A stretch of DNA of 64,000 bases, taken from Macrostomum lignano (lineage: Eukaryota). The notes beneath the pieces are model-generated. The model worked only from the letters and a program-made list of their open reading frames with translations, did not search any database and was not told where the DNA came from. This document shows, one piece after another, positions 58,480 through 64,000 of this stretch (positions are counted from its first letter, which is position 1; each line of letters begins with the position of its first letter). The stretch spans positions 124,001 through 188,000 of the forward strand of contig NIVC01002136.1 in assembly GCA_002269645.1 (NCBI GenBank), in the 5' to 3' direction. The translations under genes were made by a program, and so were the position numbers.

Positions 58480-60125
58480 CCTTTGCATCCTTTGAAACTT
58501 CCATCTTCCTTTTCTGTTTCCTATCTTCTCTCTTGTCTCTTCTCTCTCTCTCCTCTTATCTCTTCTTTCTTCTCTCCTCTCTAGTCTCTTCTCTCATCTC
58601 TTCCATCTCCCCTCTATTCTTTTCTCTCTCTTCTCCTCTTTTCTCTCTGGTCTCTGGTCTCTCATATCTCCTTTCTCCTCTTTTATCTCTTCTCGTTTCT
58701 CTCTGCTCTCTGCTCTCTCTTCCCTCACCTCTCTTCTCACTCCTTACTATACCCTCTCTTAACTTTTTCCTTATCTCTACTCTCTCCTTTTTCCTCTCTT
58801 CTCTCAACTCTCTCCTCTCATGTCTTCTATCTCTCACCTCCCTTCTCTCTCGTCTTTGCTATCTTATCTCTCATTTCTTTTCTTTTATCTTCTCTCTCCT
58901 CTCCCCCTCTCTCTTCTCATCTCTCGGCTATCTCCTGTCCTATCTCTCTTATCTCTCCCCTCTTTCCTCTCCTCTCTCGTCCTTTTCACCAATTTCCCCT
59001 GTCCTCTCGATTCTCTCCCTTCCCCTCCTCTCTCCTCACTCACTTCTCATCTCTCCCTTGTCTGCACCTCTCATCTCTCCCTTGTCTGCACTTCTCATCT
59101 CTTATTTCTTATCTCTCCTCTTTTCTCTCTACTCTCCCATCTCTCGTCTGTTCTGATCTCTCATCTCCCCTCTCTGTTCTGTCATCTTTACTCTCATATG
59201 TTCTCTCACCTCTCTCCACTTGTACTCCTCTCTTTCCCCTTTTTTGACTCAGGAGGACTCGATCCTTTCTTCTTTCTTCTTGTCTCTTCACTTCTCTCTT
59301 CTATACTCTCTCCCTCTCTTGTCTTCTCTCTTCTTTCTCACTTTCCTCTCTCCTCTCTTATATCGTCTGTTCACTCTCATCTTCGCTATCTCATTCCCCT
59401 CTCTCTTCTGTCATCTCTACTCTCCTCTCTACTGTGTACTCTTTTCTTTCCCCTCTTCTGACACCCCTCTTTCCTTACTCCTCTCTTCTCTTCCCTCTTC
59501 TATACTCTCTCCCCTCTATTTCTTCTCTCGTCTCTCTGCACTCTGCTCTCTCTTCCTTCATCTCTCATCTCTACTCTCTCGATTATCTTTTTTTCATCTC
59601 TCTCATCTCCACGATCTCATCTCTTTCCTCTCTCCTCCTCTTCCCTTTACTCTATCATCTCTCCTTTCTCCTCTCTTCTTTCTCAACTCTCTCTCTCTTA
59701 TCTCTTATATCTTATATCTTATCTCATCTTCTCACTCTTCCCTCTCTCATCTCTTATCTCCTCTTCTCACTCCTCTCTCTTCCCTCTATCCCCCTCTTAT
59801 CTCCTCTCTTCTCTATCCTTTCTAATCTCTCCTCTCGATCCTCTCTCATCTGCCTCTCTGTTCTCTCATCTCTCATCTCTTCTCACTCTTCTCTACTCTC
59901 CTCTCTCATTGATCCTCTGTCTCATCTCTCCCCTCTTCTCTCTCCATCTTCTCACCTCTAATTCCATCTCCCTTCTCCCTTCCCTCCTCTCGCTTCTTCC
60001 TCCCGACTCCCATATTCTCTGCTCTGCCGCTGCCCTCGACCCCCTCATCTCTTCTGATATCTTCTATCTATTCTCTTATCCCCTCTCGCCCCTCCTCCCT
60101 TTCTCATAGTCTATTCCTTTTCCTT
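58480..60125. repeat. ~1.6-kb low-complexity polypyrimidine (CT-rich) tract
   Basis: Very few G on +; followed at 60160-60200 by a hAT-MITE-like right end. Confidence 0.93.
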
Positions 60126-60894
60126 TTCACTCTCATCTGCCCCGCAGCCATAAGCTTGATTCTTTATCTGGCCTTTGAGATAAAAATCTGCCGATCCCTG
60201 CTTCGAAAGCCAGTTTGTGGGACGTAGTACTATCATGGTTGTTATAATTTCTCGTGCTCTTTCTGGCCAATTAGCAGTCCTGAGAGGAATTTTTGTATCT
60301 CCATTCTCTAGCTCTACCACTACAGTCTGCAGCAGTCTAACAACCAAGGAAATACGCATTTCTTAGGAGGTTATTTAAATTTTCAAGTACCTTATTTGTA
60401 TCTTAATGTTAAAATTTTCATGGTGTAAGCAATTTAGTAGGATTGCATTGTAATCAGTTCATTGTAATCATTAATTTTTCGCTATTTTTACAAACCATCC
60501 CTCATCGCCTTGATTTGCCATCCTTGTTTAACTCCTGCAGACTTGTCTTATACAGGAGTGAGGACAGTGGTTGAATCTCTTGCTAAACTCTCTCCTCTCC
60601 ATGCCTCTCCACTCGCGGGGGTACAGAGAAGGCTATTCCAAAACACTGTACATTTGCTATGTACATTTAGCCCTATCGCCTGACCCTTCATCTGGCTCTG
60701 GGGGAATGAGTGAGTGGCACAAACAACAGAAAAAGCAGACAAACTTCACATGCTTACAGTTTCTTTTTTCGGTTGAGTTACAGAGTTGAAACTTTACATT
60801 TAGATAGAGAATGTGTCAATGAAGAATTGTGTCAGGTTTAAAGTCAATCACTTTAATTGGAGCAAACTTATGGCAGCCGAAAGTTAGTCAATTT

Positions 60895-61330
60895 TGAAAC
60901 CCCTTTTACGCATCTGGGCCCAGATCGGGAAAGAGAGGCAGCCGGGTGGAGGTTGGGGTGGTTGCTACACTGAAAAAACAGCCTAACTTTAAAAGTGCAC
61001 AGCACCGCTCAGGATTAACTTCGAGACTCGAAATTTTACATGATTGTGCCAAAGTAGTTTAAGATTATCTGTGTCAAATTTGAAGAGAATCGGTAGAAGT
61101 GGAGCAGCTCTATGGAGGATTTAGTGAAAAAATTGCGCATTTTGAGCAGTTTTTTGCACTTTTAGGTAGGAAGACTCAAGTTTAGGAAATTTAAAGGTAG
61201 CCTAAGACATTCTCCGTAGTGAGTTTAGGGTGGATGTAAAATTTGGTGTCATTTGGTTGAGCGGTTTGGGAGTCCATAGCGATCAAAATTGTCCACACAC
61301 AGACAGACACACACACACACAGAGTTTTGA
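60895..61330 (+). mobile_element. Possible Helitron/Helentron-related non-autonomous element
   Basis: Two internal AAATTTG... blocks, then (CA/GACA)n microsatellite and TTTTTATATGTAGAGATAGA end, an architecture seen in such elements; termini not verified. Confidence 0.3.
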
Positions 61331-64000
61331 TTTTTATATGTAGAGATAGAAGCATTTTTGTTGGAGAGTTATTTATTGATTGGTTTCTTTATATTTAACA
61401 ATTAAGACTAAAAATGGGTCAATAAAATTCAGAAATGTAAATAAATTAACAATAGATTGTACAGTCCGGCGGAGCGCTCACAAAGTTAAAATGAGAGGGA
61501 GAAAGAGATAAATGAGCACAAGTGTACACCTGGAATACTCTAAGGAGGGCACTGGCACAATGATTGACAAGTTGCTTATTTAGGATTGGTTTATGCAATT
61601 TTATATATAGGGCTTCAAGCACTTTTAGTCTGTATTCATTTGAGCATATATGGATGGTGGAAAAGTTTCTATCTATTTGGCTGTTATAGAGCAGAGCAAG
61701 ATTCCTATATTAGCTTTAATGGATTAATGCTTATTAATGATTATCAGTTAACTTTCAGTTAATTTAACAAAATTAAGAGTTTATAAGTTAATATTTTTTG
61801 TTTTAATGCTAACACTTTTGCCATTAATGGAAGTTAAGATTTTCATTAATGGTATCTAACACAGTTCCTTGAATCTATATTGCTTAAAACCTACTTAAAC
61901 TAAAGAAGTGAAAACCATATGATCTATCATCTCTTTTGCTATTGTATACTTGTATTTTTGTGATAGTTTTTGCTATAAGGAAATTTTTAGTGCTAAATCA
62001 ATAGTTTGGCATCCTATTTTTCACTTTCAAGTACCATAGGCACTAGGCTTATCAAAAAGTAACTTTTGTCACCAAGTCTAGCATTCTAAAAAATGAACTA
62101 GAAAAAGTGCCACTTAAAAAAGTAATCTATAGTACTAAAAATGCTGAAACTCAAACTTTGCTCAATACTAATTATACAATTATGCAATAATCTTGTAATA
62201 AACAAAATTATATATACAAAAATGATATCTCATTATAAGTTTTATATGATTCAAAAATCGTATCTAAAAAATAAGCTTTATAATATAGGCCTATGTAATT
62301 TATTTAAATTTCTTTTTTTCAAAGTTTTTATTTGCCAATAGATAAATTGACTATATAATAAGCAAGCCTATAGTATTATGCATGGTTATATTATATTAAT
62401 ATATCAATTGGTTTCAAAATTAGTATAAATACAGAGTGAAAGGTAAAAAAAATAGACATGGCACAACTTATAGTATTTTGAGCTTATCTTCCACTTTGTT
62501 GTAAACTAGCCAAATATTCAAGTTAGGTTTATATATTCTAGTATATAAAGCTTTAGCAAATTTTAATTTATTATTATATTTATAATATTTAATTAATAAT
62601 TTATTATTAATTTATTAACAGTTTTTAGACTAGTTTGTTCATAAATATACTAGTATATTAGGATAATTTGGATTGAATTAGCCCTAACAATATCTATGAT
62701 AGACAAATTTTGATAAACTTGTTATAAGTTCATTATCTTATAACTATTCAATAAGATTCATATTTTTGAGCTATTGTTTTTTGCAGACAAAAGAGTGGCA
62801 GACAAACTGATAGGCAGACAAATGACTAGGTCTTTTATTGTATTAACTGCTTGTTTTAGTCTAGGCATAATTAAGAATAAAGTAAATATATAGGTATTTA
62901 AAATACATAGAATCTTTAGTTACTTACTGGTGGCCGATTTGGGTACATTCTTTTGGCTGACTTTATGTTTTTCTGTTTAGTTGAATCAATGGTGCTGGCT
63001 TTTATATTAGTTTTTTAGTTAAAATTAGCTAGTGACAACTGTGGTCAACAATATATAATTCAATTTTATCAAATTGAATTCCAAAATATTAGATAGACCT
63101 AAAGAATAAGTGGAATCTTCAACACACAAGGTTTCTCCTATGTCAAGTAATTTAGGCCTAACTAAACAAAGTTTTAAATGGCATGGGTGTTTCACAGTAA
63201 ATGACAAATTTTCTATTAGGCCTATATTTCAGACATTTGGCCTAGAAATATTTGTTGTGAATTAGTAAATATAAGACAAATTTAATTTTTACCAACCAAT
63301 AACACGAATTATTCGCTTTGGTTATGTCAAAAGAAATAAATAACTAACTTATTAGAAAGCTTACCACACCATAAAAAATCGGACAAAGAGACGAACAAAT
63401 AGCAAATAACGCTTTCTTTAGTTTAAAATTACCAGATTTCGTATAGGCATGTATAAAAATTAGTCTGAAAATATTTTTTCAATTATTTGCATTTCAGTCA
63501 CTTCTGCATTTCTGAAACTTTAAGATTTTGTTTTAATTGTTTGTTTAACTTTAATTTTATAGATTACGGTGTCGACAATTGCCTTAACCTGCTGTCAATG
63601 AGAAGGGGTCGTTCCAATACGCCAAATTTTTTTAACGTCTGAGTAAATTTTTAAAGTGTGACGTTGTCCATCCAAGTAGCCCCGTCAAGGGCCGTTTTAG
63701 CATGCGGTACCAATTTATAATATTGTTAATTTAATGGTCTAGTCCTCTCACGCGTACGTCTGCTTTAAGTAGTGCCCAAAGAATTTTAAACAACTTGCGT
63801 ACATTTGTAAAGCCTAAGTACAGTAGGCGATCGATAATTTCTGCTTTTTTCTCGCCGGTCAATAGAAAATCCGCGCATAAATTATATGTTAGCCTGAAAT
63901 TAAGGTTTCCGCGCGCACCCACCCCCAGCCCGCGATCCTTGGGCCTTTTCATATTACCAATTCCAGAACCAGAATCGGTTCGGAATTCCAAGAAAAACAG

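Noticed and set aside
55429-60109. Ser/Leu-rich ORFs
   Set aside because: Translations of CT low-complexity tracts
63731-63991. 86-aa minus-strand ORF at the window end
   Set aside because: No motif or codon-bias support; could be an exon of a gene outside the window but unverifiable

Overview
Intron-rich, repeat-rich animal genomic DNA. The GC-rich exons with poly-A/Q/P tracts and minisatellite-filled introns suggest a free-living flatworm such as Macrostomum; this is inference only. Genes, left to right: (1) the 3' ~14 kb of a sevenless/ROS1-type receptor tyrosine kinase on + (18 exons reconstructed in phase); (2) a convergent 13-exon Delta/Serrate-like gene on - (signal peptide, MNNL/C2, DSL, ~8 EGF, TM, tyrosine/proline-motif tail); (3) two near-identical intronless secreted WSC-domain genes; (4) three close co-oriented genes NDUFA13, BOLA1 and TPRG1L-like, an operon candidate; (5) a groucho/TLE gene on - in which nearly every intron holds a different minisatellite. 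Mobile elements include a young RTE-clade LINE whose endonuclease half is inverted relative to its RT half (twin-priming architecture), inserted inside a CORE-type SINE with both target-site duplications visible. There is also a Penelope-like fragment carrying a minimal hammerhead ribozyme, two tRNA-derived SINE families, hAT-type MITEs and an unclassified TIR element. About 20 distinct tandem arrays are present; none is a CRISPR. All calls come from reading the sequence by eye with no database searches.
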